Below are positions 23,090 to 37,004 of a stretch of 64,000 nt of DNA, piece after piece. The notes under the pieces were generated by a model. That model was not told the DNA's origin and searched no databases. It saw nothing but the letters and a program-made list of their open reading frames with translations. The position numbers and the translations under genes are program-made. The stretch comes from Isurus oxyrinchus. Its lineage: Eukaryota. The DNA is taken from positions 620,001-684,000 of the forward strand of contig JANJGN010000036.1 of the NCBI GenBank assembly GCA_026770705.1. Reading direction: 5' to 3'. Each line of letters starts with the position of its first letter. The first letter of the stretch is position 1.

Positions 23090-24280
23090 ATTAGTATCAA
23101 TAAGGAGGTTGTGTTGGAGAAATTAATGGGGCTGGAATTTGCCAAGTTCCTGGGACCTGATATTCTACATCTCAGACTGGTGAAAGAGTTTGCTGTAGAG
23201 ATAGTGGATGCTTTGGTAATCATTTTCCTAAATTCTATAGATTCTGGAATGTTTCCCGAAATTTGGAAGGTAGAAACTGTGATCCTTATTTAAGAAGGGA
23301 CGGAGAGAGAGGAAACAGTAAACCACAGACCTGTTAGTCAGCAGTAAGGAGAATGCTAGAATCTATTATAATGAATGTGACAAGTGGATAGATGGATGAT
23401 CAGGATCTGATTGGGCATAGTCAGCATGGATTTGCGAATGGGAAATCATGGTTGATTAACTTGTTGGAGATTTTTAAGCATGTTCCAGCAAAATTGTTAA
23501 AGCAGAGTCGATGGATGTAAGATACTTGGATTTTCAGAAAGCATTTGATAAAGTCCCCCAAACGAGTTTGATTAGCAAAATAAAAGCAGAGAGGACAGGA
23601 GGCAATATACTGGCATGGGTTAAGGTTTGGATAACAGGCAGAAAACAGAGAAGTAGGAATAAACGGATCCTTCTTGCATTTGCAGTCTGCGACTAGTTGG
23701 GTACCACAAGGATCAGTGCTTGGGTCCCAGCTGTTCACGATATATATCAATGATTTGGATGTGGGGACCAACTGTAATATTCCTAAGCTCACGGATAATG
23801 CAAAGTTAGGAGGGAATGTGTGCCTTGAGCAACATGTAAAGTGGCTTCAGGAGGATTTGGACAGACTTAGTGAGTGGGCAAGACCATGGCAGGTGGAATA
23901 AAATGTGGGAAAGTGTGAGGTTATTAATTTTGGTAGAATGAATAGATGTGCAGAGCATTCCCTAAATGGTTAGAGATCAGAACGTGTAGATGTGCAATGG
24001 GACAAGTGTGTCATTGTCCATAAGTCACTGAATGCTAGCATGCAGATGCAGCAAGCTATTAGGTAGCCTAAGGGAATGTTAGCCTTCATCTCAAGTGGAT
24101 TTGAGTACAGTAGTAGTGAAGTCTTGCTTCAATTGTTTAGAAGCGTGTTAGGCTGCACCTGGAGTAGTGTGGCTTTCTGATTAACAATTAACTAAATGGT
24201 TATGGGGATAGTATGGGTAAAAGGCATTAAAGGCAACGTATCGACGGGCTGAATGGCCTTCTCCTGTTCCGATGTTCCTA
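23090..24280 (+). mobile_element. CR1 LINE RT fragment
   Basis: GPDILHLRLVKE, SQHGF, YLDFQKAFDKVP, VPQGSVLGSQLFTIYIND, with frameshifts; the paralogous copy starts at about 63915. Confidence 0.85.
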
Positions 24281-24941
24281 TGGGAGGAAGATCGTGTGGA
24301 GATGAAAGAAAGGCACAGAGCAGATGGTCCATGCTCCGCTGATCCAAAGGAATAATTCTGACCGAACGAGACAGGAGGGAAAGAGATTCTGGGTAAAACA
24401 GTTACTAAACTATTAGGGTCAGGTTCCAGGTTTCTTCAATCTGGTGTGTTTCTGTTGAAACCAGAATAAATTAACCTGTTCTCAATGAATTAAACATGAC
24501 ACTCAGAATTAGGGGCCTTTTGCCCCCCTTCAGGCTAATGTCATAAACAGAAATGTTCTTCAAGTCAGCACCAATGCCTTTGACCTCAGTTTGACCCAGT
24601 CTGGGCTGTGCACCGCCTGTGACGCGTGTTTTCCAGGCAGAGCCGTGTGTGGTCTCCTAACCTGTAAACAGGAAACCCTCTGCTAAAATGTATAGGCGCG
24701 CTGCACTTTCCAGTGAGTGTCTATGTGTGTGTGTGTGTGGACCAGGGGCGGGGGAGGTGCCCATGTTTATCCCGCGAACAACAACATTAAAGGCACGATC
24801 TGTGTCACAAACACATTCTTATTTTTGGGACTTGCTCTGCGCAGTTACCGCTGCCGCACTGTTCTAGGCGCTTCTTCAAAGGAAGAATTTTCTCTCTCCC
24901 GGTCATAATAGAACCCAGGGGGTTGACTTTATACCTCTCAG

Positions 24942-25235
24942 TTAGTGTATCTCAGACAGTTTTGTCCCAGGCCCCGGCGGATCAGAGTCTCTCGCTTGGA
25001 AGTAGCTACAATGAGCATTGTGATACGGATTAGTTGGCGGTGCTGGGGAGGGAGAGGGTGATGGGGCAGTGTTGGGGAGGTGACGGGGAAGGGGCCTGGG
25101 GCGGGCCCCTGGTATAAACCGGACGCGTCTGCAACTGGTTTACACGGTGACAGAATACAACCATTTAACAAGGGTATTTTCGGGAGAAGTTAGCGGCACA
25201 TGGAATCTCTATTCTCTGATCATGTGACCATGTAT
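24942..25235 (+). pseudogene. C-type V exon relic, cassette 2
   Basis: Acceptor, then VSVSQTVLSQAPADQSLSLGSSYNEHCDTD*, a G-rich insert, WYK, then frameshifted LQLVYTVTEYN...FSGEV...LYSL. It then jumps to post-C1 intron sequence (25245 matches 271), so the V end and C1 exon are deleted. Confidence 0.7.
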
Positions 25236-26622
25236 AACTTCTGAGCCCTTACTCCGTCCTCATGTATCTCATCATTTCAGTGTTTAGCTTTCTGAATTTT
25301 TAAGTCTATCTGTCTGTTTGGCGTAAAAGCGGATGGATGGAGATATGTTGTTTTGACGTGTCAATGATTAAATCAAAACCCAATTTTCTGTTTACCAATT
25401 TCTCTCCCGATTCCTCGAAGTCATCACCTGTACTCCATTGAGCTTCCAGCACGGAAACAGTGCATTCGGCCCTTTTGCTCGGTGCTGGTATTGCTGCTCC
25501 ACACGAACCTCTTCCCACCCCCTCTTCATTTAACTCCATCAACATATTCTATTCGCCCATTTACAGTCATGTGTTGATACAGCTTCACCCATAAATCCAT
25601 CCCTGCAAGTGAGCTCAACCACTCCCTGTGGGAACGAGTTCCACATTCTCGCCGCTCCCTGGTTAAAGAGATTTCTCTTGAATTCCCGCTTGCATTTATC
25701 AGTGATTATTTGATATTGATGGACTCGAGCTCTGGGCTCCCCCAACAAGTGACAACACCTCGTCTATGCCTGCCGGAAAAATCCTTCCATAATCTTAAAG
25801 ATCTTAGGACCCTCCTCAGTCTTCTCTGTTCTTCAGAAAAGAAGAAAGCATGTTCAAATTTTCCTCACTGTTACAGACTCTCAGGTTTGGAATCGTTACA
25901 GTGAACCTTTGTTTCACCTTCCCCTGTTTCTCCATATTCTTTACTTTCATATAGAGACCGGAATTATTCACAGGACCGTACATGTGGTCAGGCTTAGGTT
26001 CAATATCCGTTTAATAAAGCCTTTTTTCTTTACATGGTTATTTATGTAGCCATGCCCACACTCTATACCTATGAATTTTATGACCTTATTAACCTCTGTC
26101 ACTAATTTCAATGATTTTTCTGTCTGCACCTCTGAACCCTCAGCTCCTCCAGACAACTTAAACTCTTATTTTCTATTGATTATGCAGCCGTCAACATAGT
26201 TGACGCCTAACCCAAACCCTAATATTAATCCTTCCTGACAAAATGGTCTCTATATAACATTTAATCAAAATCAAAGAAATAAATCCGCTGGATAACTCTA
26301 AACTACTTAGTCTTTCATTTGGGACGGGCAAACACTTAGCGTCAATCATTATACATGGAATTGGTGAGCATTTCTTAATAGGTGGGTTCGTTATGCTCAG
26401 ACAGTACCGATTTGTGAAAGTTTGTGAAAGTGTCGTCATGCTGAACTCATTTAAAAGTGTTTTATTTTTCAAGAAGTGTCCGAATAGAAAGTTAAAATAA
26501 AGGCAGTAGATAGAACGCGTATGGATTTCTAACAGGTCTTCATGTGCCTCTCAATATGGTTAATTGAAATAACACCGAGTCCAGTGTGAGGGAAGTGTGG
26601 GAAGCTGGATATAAACAGAGAA

Positions 26623-26916
26623 NNNNNNNNNNNNNNNNNNNNNNNNNNNNNNNNNNNNNNNNNNNNNNNNNNNNNNNNNNNNNNNNNNNNNNNNNNNNNN
26701 NNNNNNNNNNNNNNNNNNNNNNNNNNNNNNNNNNNNNNNNNNNNNNNNNNNNNNNNNNNNNNNNNNNNNNNNNNNNNNNNNNNNNNNNNNNNNNNNNNNN
26801 NNNNNNNNNNNNNNNNNNNNNNNNNNNNNNNNNNNNNNNNNNNNNNNNNNNNNNNNNNNNNNNNNNNNNNNNNNNNNNNNNNNNNNNNNNNNNNNNNNNN
26901 NNNNNNNNNNNNNNNN
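26623..26916. other. assembly gap (N run)
   Basis: Run of N. Confidence 1.
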
Positions 26917-27498
26917 TTACATTGTACAATAAGCAAAGTAAAACCCAACGGAAGTTTGGGAACAACATGTAAAACAAGCATGTGGAGGAGAAAGTATCCC
27001 AGAGCAGAAGGAGGTATATTTGCAATGCGACCAGTTTTTGTGTTTGCTAATGCCCATCTCAAGGAAATTTCTACTTCCATTCTCCATCTCGCTTTCATTC
27101 TGCTGGCAATCCATTCAAACGCCCAATCAGAGTCAACAGCCACACGGGTTGTTCACTGTTTCCTCGTTCAGTTTTTTAATAGGACCCTTAGCTATGGAAC
27201 TATCAACTGTCGGCAATGTTAGGTATCCCCCGCCATTCCCCAACAATGATAGTGTCTGTGTATGGTGTGTGCACATGTGCTCCATCCCCTTCTTCAAGTG
27301 AGGCCCATGAACTTCTCGGGTGGATCATGTCCTTGGCCCCCCTGATGATTCTTAACATCCAGATTCCAACATGTCAGAGAACATAATATAGTGACGATGT
27401 TCAGCAAATATACCAACCACAAATTCTACCTTGTCCATTGTCTCCAGGTTTCCCCCATATTCTCAAATTGCATGTTCAACAATGAGGCGAAATGAAAA

Positions 27499-27644
27499 TT
27501 TACTAGAAATGAACGCCAGCTTAAGTGAAACTGTCAATTTTGTTCCAGACACCCCCGACTTGTTTCTGAGTCAATATTTACTCGAAATGAACGCCAGCGA
27601 AAGCGAAACTGTTTATTTTAATATGGTCACCCCCGACTGGTTTC
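27499..27644. repeat. two-copy tandem repeat, about 78-bp unit
   Basis: tttact(a/c)gaaatgaacgccagc...gaaactgt...cacccccgact..tttc at 27499 and 27577. Confidence 0.75.
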
Positions 27645-27799
27645 GGACAGCCTTTCTGCTCCCATCACGGGTGAAGATCCGCCGTGTCCTGCTCGTCCCT
27701 GAACTCAGCGACGTGCCGTTCCCCCGAATCCATTCCAGTGACTATGCCCTCCGGAATGTTGGCTGCTCTTGTCCCCAGATGCCACAACCCTGATCCAGA

Positions 27800-28330
27800 G
27801 TTCACCATCTCAATGCTTAATTTCAACAGCACTCTTCCGGCAAAGATGCCCACTTTCTTCTTTCTCAAACACCATCTATCCCGAATGATATCGCCCAAAT
27901 CATTAATAGAACAACGCCAAACACATTCTGCCTTCTTGACAAGATCCATTGCTTTCCAGTTTCCCAATGAATCGATTCAAAAACCCTTTCCGGTCCTTGA
28001 CAATCACTTTTTGCATGAACCGCTGACTATCACAGCGACCTCCCACACATACCAAACCGATAGTGTGCGCTCTCCACTCCTCTCTCAGGCCACATGGCGC
28101 AACATTTCTGCTTATTCCCCACTGCATCCTCTGCACAAGCGCCCCAAATCCTGCAAGGTACCGCACCCAAACCATCTGGGGAACTCTTGACCTCCATCAG
28201 CTCCCTATTGAAAATGCCCGCAAGTTGCGTGTCAAAGGTCCTTGCCTCTCTTCAGGAGCCCGCCGTGCTGGCATTCTTCACCATTTCCCTTCACAGAGTC
28301 ACGTCTGAAGGATGGGTTGTTTCAAGGTCA
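27800..28330 (-). mobile_element. highly decayed Tx1/L1-like LINE ORF2 C-terminal fragment
   Basis: The fragments KNAS, RMQWGISRNVAP, NWKAMDLVKKAECVWRC and DIIRD occur in the order I recall for fish/shark Tx1 C-termini; weak. Confidence 0.35.
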
Positions 28331-29909
28331 TTCTCCGAGAGTTTGTGTAATGCACCCCTGTTTGCTGGGCGTTGTATTAACGGAGCGATTAATGTTTCAC
28401 TGAGCCGATCAGCATAATTTAAACTAAGGAGGAATTCGCCCCAATGAATAATGATCTCCTGTTGTTCGAGGTGGGCTAATATTTTCATCTGGTGTATTAG
28501 ATTGAAGGACTGCATCAGTTCGAGCAGCTGTTTGTGTATGAAGGACAGTATCATTCTGTGGGATTTCATTATCTTGGGGAGTTATACCAGTTTGATAGCT
28601 AATTCCATTTAACACTGTAGTCCACAAGCACGACTTTCACAATCCAACAATTGGAATTGACTTCGTGAAAGGCTGCAATGAAAGAGGGCAGCCACATCCC
28701 AGAGCACCTGACAATTAGACTTGACAGTGCCAACCTGTGTTAGAAATTAAGTTGTTAAATAACAGCAACAGTGTGAAGGACATCACTGAGACAGAATGAA
28801 ATGTAGAGTTTGGTCTGATGCTGTTGGAGTAAATGCACCATGTCTTTGTGTCCATGGTATCTATTTTCTTTAGTTCATTAGTAAGATCGGAATTAACACG
28901 TTTTGGAATTTTTCCAAAGCAGACACTGTACAAAATATATTCTGTCAAAACAAGGACATAGGTTGATGACGTAATAAGTTTGTAGAAATAATAAAAAACA
29001 CAAACTATGTGAACAATGATGTAAAACCAGTGTCCTCGTGGAGATACCGAAGGGGATAAATTAAAGGCTTTGGGAATGTGTTGCTCTAGTGGTTAATTCA
29101 GTGACATTGTCTGCAGCTCGCAGCAACAGGTCACTTCACACAAAAGATCATGAAGATATTTTACAATTTCAGGAAAGTATGTAACATGGTTCTTGCCATC
29201 ATTGGTCTTCCTGGAAAGTTACTGTAACCATTGACGATGTGCAGTGTTTCTGGCTTTACTTTGTTTCTGATAATGGTACAAGGTCTTTTAGTTGTGACAG
29301 TTATGTCATTTCATTAATTCATAAATCATGGATTATTTCTGTGCCTTAATTCCATTGCATCACGTGAAAATGAGCCTTTGTTTGTAGCTCCCAGGATCGC
29401 TGAATGTCCAGTTACTTGCTTCTTTTGAGAATTGCATCATGTTGAATCAGACCTCGGTGCAGACACGGCCCTGAGGGAAGGTCTGCGTGGGAGTCTGAGC
29501 CAGTGCGATATCAGACTGCGGAAGGCCCACTAAATGGAGTGAAGCAAGTGACCACGTATCAAGGGCAGTACCTGCCGCTGTAGAACTGCACTTAGCATCA
29601 TATAGTCATGGAAAGTTTACGGCACAGAAAGAGGCCGCATGGCCCATCTTGCCTGCCCAAGCAGAAAAATGAGCCACGCTGGGAGCCACCTCAGGCTGGG
29701 GATTAACCGGGCAGTCGGACTTGAATGCACCGGACACGTATCACTGGGGGCATCTAACAGTGTAGAGCTATGCAAAGCAAACTGCGTCGAAAATCTCATC
29801 CCATTGTACCATGTATCATTGGAAGTCGAAGCCTGTGATGAACTGTTTGGAATGTGGGTTTGTACCTTGAGTGGTATACCTGATGGTGATCCCTTCTGCA
29901 TTACGAAGA

Positions 29910-30100
29910 ATAGAAACTCAGAAAGTGCTGGAACTACTCAGCAGGTCTAGCAGTAGAGAGAGAAACAGAGTTAACGTTTCGAGTCAAATATTCGATTCAA
30001 AAACTCAATTCTACTTCTCTCTCGACGATTATCGCAAGACCTGTTGAGTATTCCCCGCTCTTTGTATTTTGTTTCAGATTTCCAGCATCCACAGTGCTTT
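29910..30100. mobile_element. Penelope-like terminal repeat fragment
   Basis: gctggaactactcagcaggtc...ttaacgtttcgagtc followed by the inverted half ...cagatttccagcatc. Confidence 0.5.
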
Positions 30101-33100
30101 CTTGTAGAGCTGAGCTCAGTGTGGTTCCCTAACCCCAGCCGTACACCTGACTCCAGTGACCATCTATTACTGGGAGTGTTTGTGACTGTAGATTTATAGT
30201 TAGGGCGTGTCAGGAAACTGAGTAGAAAACCTGATCCGAGCTAACATGCATTAGTTGTAGAATTTATCATTGTGAAGTTGCACTGAGGGATGGTTGCTAA
30301 CTGCAGTGGATTAACCTGGCCCCTGTGATGATGTAGCCCTGGAAATAACTGCCGTTCTAGCATTGAACTGAGTGTGGGTCTCAACTGATGTGAAGCAAGT
30401 CAGTTACACGTTAAATCATTGTTTCAGGCGACTGAACTGGATGTACTTTTGCATTTTGTAATCAATGGGAAAAGGGAAGCTTCTTACTGCTGTTTGATGT
30501 TTGGCAATACGTTTATAAATTGTAATATATTGACGATGTTATGTCGCCTATTCAAATATACTTTTAACTATTGTCTAACGAGTAAGCAGCAGAACAGCAG
30601 TTACTCTATGTAATCAGTCTTTAAAATTATATATTGTCCGTATAAGAATAGTAATTCTAAAGACTGAAGTTGCTTTGGTGCTTATTCGTCAGGCCGCTAA
30701 CCCTGGCCCAGTGCAGAAAAGTGAAAGGATTTAGGGTCACGAGCTCTTAAGTATCTTATCTTGCTAGCACAGTGTCTAACCTGGGAAGTGGTTCTTAATT
30801 GTTTCACGTCGGTTACTGATTAAGTTTTCCTGAACATGTTCGTGTGACTGATTAAGAGTCTCGACACATGTAACCTGCAAGTCGTCCGATTGTAATCAGG
30901 GAGGTGTGTTCCTGCGAGGAGACACTCCTAGAAATGAGGAACATAGATTTCATGTTTTCACAATACAGGAAATAGCGAAAGGGCAGTGAAAATAACCTCA
31001 GTAAGCCGTTAATAATGTAATAAATAGTGCACTGCATCAATAAATATTGCTTTTCAATATCATGAAATAACCGAAAACACCATATATTGGATAGATTTAG
31101 CCTCCTGACATTCTCGGTAAAGTCGTTTCCCTGGAGTTCACTCTTGTATTCAATGGAGACTGTCCTACATTAATTAAATCCAAATTACATCTTTCTCCCA
31201 AAGGGAAGTATCATCCTCAGGTTTCCACCTCTCAATCTATTTGATATTTTAAAGTTCTCCATTTGGTTATTACTCAGCTGCATGTCTTCTAGAGAGTAGA
31301 GTCACAGCCAGTTACTCTGACTGACAGTTATCGTCTCTCAGATATGAGGTTATGATTGTAAATAATACATGTGCATCTAGAACATTTCAATCTCTATTTC
31401 GTAAAATGAAGACCAAAAGTCTGGGAGAATGCTGAACACAGTATAGTCAAGATCAATAAACGATTTAATGTAATCCTTCCGATTTTATTCTTCTTCCACT
31501 ATAAATGAGCCCCAGTGTTTTGATTGCACCTTTATGGTTTTGATCGCCCTCATTTCTGGATTGAATCACTTGTGACTCTGTTCCCCCCCAAACACTTTCC
31601 CCTATTGTTTATTTTATGATTTTTTTGCCTCATTTTACCATGATTATCTTGTAATTTTTATCATTCCTTTGTTCAATTCTAACCTGCGAGGCAGTTCCTC
31701 CCTCTCAGATTTCCCTCCCTTTTCTGCATCTGAATCCTCAACAATTGGTTATTATTCCCCCATTGTCCCACAAAGCCATTCGCCTTAGATTGTGAAATTG
31801 CTGGATGCCCATTAATATTTCTACCCATGCCAGCCCGCCCTCTCTGCTCCAATGGCAAGAAACGCAAGCTGCCCTTAAACTGTCATAAGGCTGGATCTTT
31901 CATGTCCTTCGACATTTGGCCTTTGCCCAAACATCTTCCCTCGGCCATCTCCCACGCTTCCCATTTCGAGGGCTCCATTTGGAATGCGTTAGTTTGTTTT
32001 GGGTTAGCTACAACTCTCCTTGGAAATCTTTTCCTCATTTCCGGCTGTGCATTGCTCATGTTCCCTGCTTCAATTTTTCTTTTCCAGCACGTTCATGACC
32101 GGATGTCTCCCATTCCCTTCTTTCGCCCTGGTTTGCCTTCACATTATCTGCTTCTGAATCTTCCTTTCCTTCCTCGACTTTTCCATCTCAATTTCAGCGG
32201 ATAGACTTTCCACCAATATCAGACATCGAGCTCAACAGCTATCTTGACCATGCACCCTGAAATCCAACTTCTTGTAAGGGTTCTGTTCTCTACTCCAAGT
32301 TTCTCGGTCTCATCTTCTCATGTGACTGTTATGTCACTTTCCACATTGGTGTTTCCCAAGTGAAGTACTTTCCTCCTCAGCAGACGTTTGCCACTTCACT
32401 GCGGTAACCTGGCCCAGCCGTGTTCATGTTATTTGCAGCATTGCTGGCCTCACTCGCTGGTCTCCTAGCCGGAGCCTGTAGAGGGAGACCTTGTCCAGAG
32501 AGATTTTTATTCCCTCTGTCTTGTGTTCAAGAACTTTCTCTCTGAGTCAATCGATCTTCTTAAAGATCTTTCTACACAGTCAAATGAATCATTCCTCTGA
32601 AAGTGAGAGAGAAAAGAAATTGGTTAGAAAAATATCAAAAGATTCAGAACAAAAGAAGGCACAGCAAGAGCCAAAGCTCCATTTCTCTGTTCCATAGATA
32701 ACCTCTCTGCACCTGCCAATTATCAGCAAATTTCATCTCCTAATCTACATGTGTGCTCATCTAAACCTAATCTGGCCTCAAGCAAACTCTGTTCAATCCC
32801 GAGGTATTGTTGCTAATCCCTCAACGGGTATTCATCTCAAAGGCTTCCACCATCATTCGAACTCATTTCATTCCCTAAATATTTCTTGTCCTTCCCTCAA
32901 TGTGTGCTCATCGTAAACTTTCCTGTTAGCATGAAAACGCACGTAAATCCCTAAATATCCTTATGCTTCCCCTTCTCTGTACCTGCACTGGGCATTAAAG
33001 ACTTTGAGATACTTGTATTCTTCTAATTCTCTCCCCTTGCACCTCCCTTACCTTAATTGTTCCAACGTTGCCTCCTGTGCCTGTAGCTGCTTTGAGTCTA

Positions 33101-35920
33101 AGCTCTAGAACTAGTTTCCCAAGCATCCCCAACTCGCGAAATCTCTTTCTTGTTTTAAAATGTTCCTTAAAACTCTGGCTTTTATCAAGTTTCCTGTCAT
33201 CTGACCTCATATCTCCTTGTGTAGTTCAATGATAATGCGTTCACCAAAGATCTGAGAGAAATATTGTTTTTGCTCCACGCCTAGGAACATAGGGGCAGGA
33301 GGAGGCCATTCAGCCTTTCCAGCCTGCTCCTCCATTCAATACGATCATGGCTGATCGAACACTTCAATGCCCTTTACTCACACTATCGCCATAACTCTTT
33401 ACGTTATTATAAGTCATAAATCTATCAATCTGATGGTGTTTTGCTGCTTTAAATACACTTTGCAAATGTGAACTGTTGTTACCCTGACCCACCAATTTTC
33501 TCAAAGGTCAGGCACCACACTGAATGCATACAGATTGAACTGAATCTCCTTGACCATCAATTGTCGCCATGACAGGAATGGAATGATTTATTTAAAGCTC
33601 CCTTTGCACTTCACAGTCGAATGCCGCGGGGGATAGTTTGTGATTTAGATGCAGAGAAGCACATCTTGAATTATAACCCATAAAACACTGCCAGGAAATG
33701 TGAAGATATATAATGATTTATGCTCTGTATGCAGTGTCCCATGAAGCACTCCCACAGCAGTTACCGCATGCATTAACTGTTGAGTTTTGTTCCTTGTACA
33801 CAATCACCTCAAAGCATCCCAATTAGATACAGCACTGTTAAAACACAGAGAGTCTGCTCTACGCTCTCTTATCAAACACTAAGTATTAAAATGTACAATG
33901 CAGGTTAAATGCATATTAATCACCTCAGACTGTTGTACATTTTAATGAATGTTCACACATACATACACACACAAACACACACACAGGCAAACGTAAGGAT
34001 CTTATACATTTTAATGATTTTTCTTCTGTACGGACTATACCCAAACAGCCCGTTGCTTGTAAGACTCCAAACACAGTGTCCAACCTTCAAAGTGATCCCG
34101 TGATGGGACAATGTTTGCTAAATAATTCTCAGTGTGTGACAAAATATGATGACAACCAATTTAAGATAGCCATTGGGCTCAGAGTGGGGCGCATTTACGT
34201 GAACTTGAATGTAAATATATTAACACACAAGGACCACTCTTTCCAGACAGATAGTACATGTACAGACATTGTGTCTGTTTTAGCTGAGCAAAACTAGTGT
34301 CAGCCATTCACTGATTCATTCTGCGGGGCAATGTCTTGACCAACCAGGGTCCAACTACCTGGTCAGTGTTTCAAATAATGCTCAGCAGTTTACTGTCTTT
34401 CAAAATCAGCTGTTGCATTCCCCAAGGCAACGCCTCCACAAATCAGAGCCCACTTTCCAATCAATCAGCACTTTCTTCTCAGCTGGTATACATATATTTT
34501 TCCCCTGAGATTGGAGTTATCCTGCAAATTGTCCTAATGATTATCAGGTGAAAAGCTTCAGCAAAAATATTTCTTTTTTCAGGAATGTTCCAATATCTTG
34601 TTGCAAAGCTGGGCAAACGTGGAATTAGGAAAATACGAATATCTCGACGGAAAAATACCAAATTCAGCCAGATTGCATTCCACCATCCGATGACTTTTTT
34701 GATGCAATGATAATTGGTTTATCGTGGCAATAGTTTAATATCAATTTGTCCACATCAGCACAGATATGTGGTGAGGAAATCCACCAGTGAGGGAGAGATT
34801 TCTGAACCATGTCTCCAATGTCATCTCTTCTACCAAAACACACTGCACTCAACCTATGGCTCTGACATTTGGTTTAAAATTAAAACACAAACCAAAACAC
34901 ACCATATGAAAGCAAAATGGAACCATTGCAAGCTCCCTGCATCAGTTCCCGCGTCCCTCTCCTGCAGCGTTCCAATTGTGTTCTAAATGATTGCAGAGTT
35001 AAACAGAATTTAAAGAAAAGCAGAAAGCTAGAAACCTGAACGAGAAACTGTTGGGAACCCACATTAGAGATGAACGGAGATATTCTAGCAGGAACCTATT
35101 ATTTTATTAATCAGAGGGGAGAGGCCTGAGGGATATGTTTTGATTCCAGTTTGAGGACTCAGTGGGATTTAAGACAAATCCAATTGCTCTAGATTGTGAC
35201 CTGCTCACTGTTAACCTTGTGAAATATCCAGTATGGGACGCCTTGCACCTTATCCCAAAAATGAAGTTTCTGTATATTATTCCATCAGCTCTATAATGTC
35301 ACCTCTTTTGCACCCTGATGTGTCAATTCGCCTCCCCCACCCCCACAATGGGCCTGCCTGATACAATATTGCCAATGTTGGACTCATCGAGTGGTAACAG
35401 CAGAGAAGTAGTCAGTTCGGCCTCTTGTGTCCGCGTTGGGCCTTCGAAATTATTTTTCTTTCTATCTTCTCACAATTTCCCAATTTCCTCATTCTGGACC
35501 CTTCCACCAATGGCAACAGTTTCGTCCAATCCACTGTCTCCAGACCCTTCATATATAGAAGACATATATAGAATAACTCTATGAAAACTCCTCTCAACCT
35601 TCTGTCTCCCAGGACAACAGCTCCAGTTTCTGCAAACTAACGTTGGAACTGAAGTTCCATGTCCTTGGAATTTTCTCAACGATCTTGTCTGTATCCTCTC
35701 TAAAACTTTCACATCCTTCCCAAAGCATGGTGACCAGGACGGGGCTGAATGCTCCAGCTGAGGCCGAACTCAATCATTCTTAGGCAGGTTTACCGTAACT
35801 TTGTGTTTTTATACTCTATGTCCTCATTAATAAAAACCTGAATTCCATACACTTTACAAACAGCTCTGTCAACCTAATCTGTCACCTCAAATCATTTGAA
35901 CACGGAAACAATCATCTGAC

Positions 35921-36273
35921 AGAATTACCTGGAAAAACTCAGCAGGTCTGGCAGCATCGGAGGAGAAGAAAAGAGTTGACGTTTCGAGTCCTCATGACCC
36001 TTCGACAGAACTTGAGTTCGAGTCCAAGATAAAGTTGAAATATAAGCTGGTTTAAGGTGTGTGTGTGGGGGGCGGAGAGATAGAGAGAGAGAGAGAGGTG
36101 GGGGGTGTGGTTGTATGGACAAACAAGCAGTGATAGAAGCAGATCATCAAAAGATGTCAACGACAATGGTACAATAGAACACATAGGCGTTAAAGTTAAA
36201 GTTGGTGATATTATCTAATATGATATTTTTTTTGTTTTGGATTTCCAGCATCCACAGTTTTTTTGTTTTTAAG
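35921..36273. mobile_element. Penelope-like element fragment with 11-bp TSD
   Basis: acctggaaaaactcagcaggtctggcagcatc...ggatttccagcatccacag; TSD aatcatctgac at 35910-35920 and 36274-36284. Confidence 0.7.
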
Positions 36274-37004
36274 AATCATCTGACTCCGTTCCTGCACACT
36301 TTTTAGAATCCTATCCGTTATTTTATATTGTCTCTCCTTGTTCTTCCGAACAAAATGTATCACTTGACTCTTCTGTGCATTACATTTAATCTACCACTTG
36401 TCAGCCCATACCACTAACTTGCCTCTTTCCCCATGAAGTCTATCACCCTGCTGCTCACAGGTCAGGAAATTTCCAACTTTTGTATCAACCTCAAATTTTG
36501 CAACTGTACCCTGTACACTCATGTCTAGGTTATTAATATATAACTGGAAAAGCCTGGGTCCTCAAAGCCGAGCCCTGAGGAACTTGGAGCTATACTTTCC
36601 TACAGTCTCAATTCATAAAAAATAATTGGCCTTTTCTATGGGACCATCAGACCGGAGAGTGATTTCAGAACATACTGATGGCGGGAAATGCACTCATTAA
36701 TCTCTTGAATTTTCCTAATGTATTATTTAATGTGCACAAATCTTTCAGTTCAACTGAGCAGTTTGTCCCTCATTGCGCACCTCTCTTCTTCCTCTGTCTC
36801 TCTCTCAAGCTACAACTGGATTCGAACAAAAATATCAAACAAGAAGGTCTTGTAAATCCTGGCTCAGGTGCCATAAATAACTGAGAAGAAAACTGTCGAA
36901 CGGCCTTAGGATTAATCTTAAAAGATCATGGAACGTGTCAGCATATATCATTAGAATCATTGTTGGGTTTGAACTGAGTGAGACCCAGTGTTAAATATAG
37001 AATA

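Noticed and set aside
24688-24718. ATG...A|GTGAGT as the leader exon of the C relic
   Set aside because: It encodes only 8 non-hydrophobic residues and is not a credible signal peptide.
29140-29215. Short stretch (KVCNMVLAIIGLP) resembling the first exon of shark GPR139-like GPCRs
   Set aside because: It has no GT donor and I found no second 7TM exon; too short to support.
34600-34852. Possible L1/Tx1 RT-region relic on the minus strand (VDKLILNY...DGGM)
   Set aside because: The similarity is too weak to call without a profile search.
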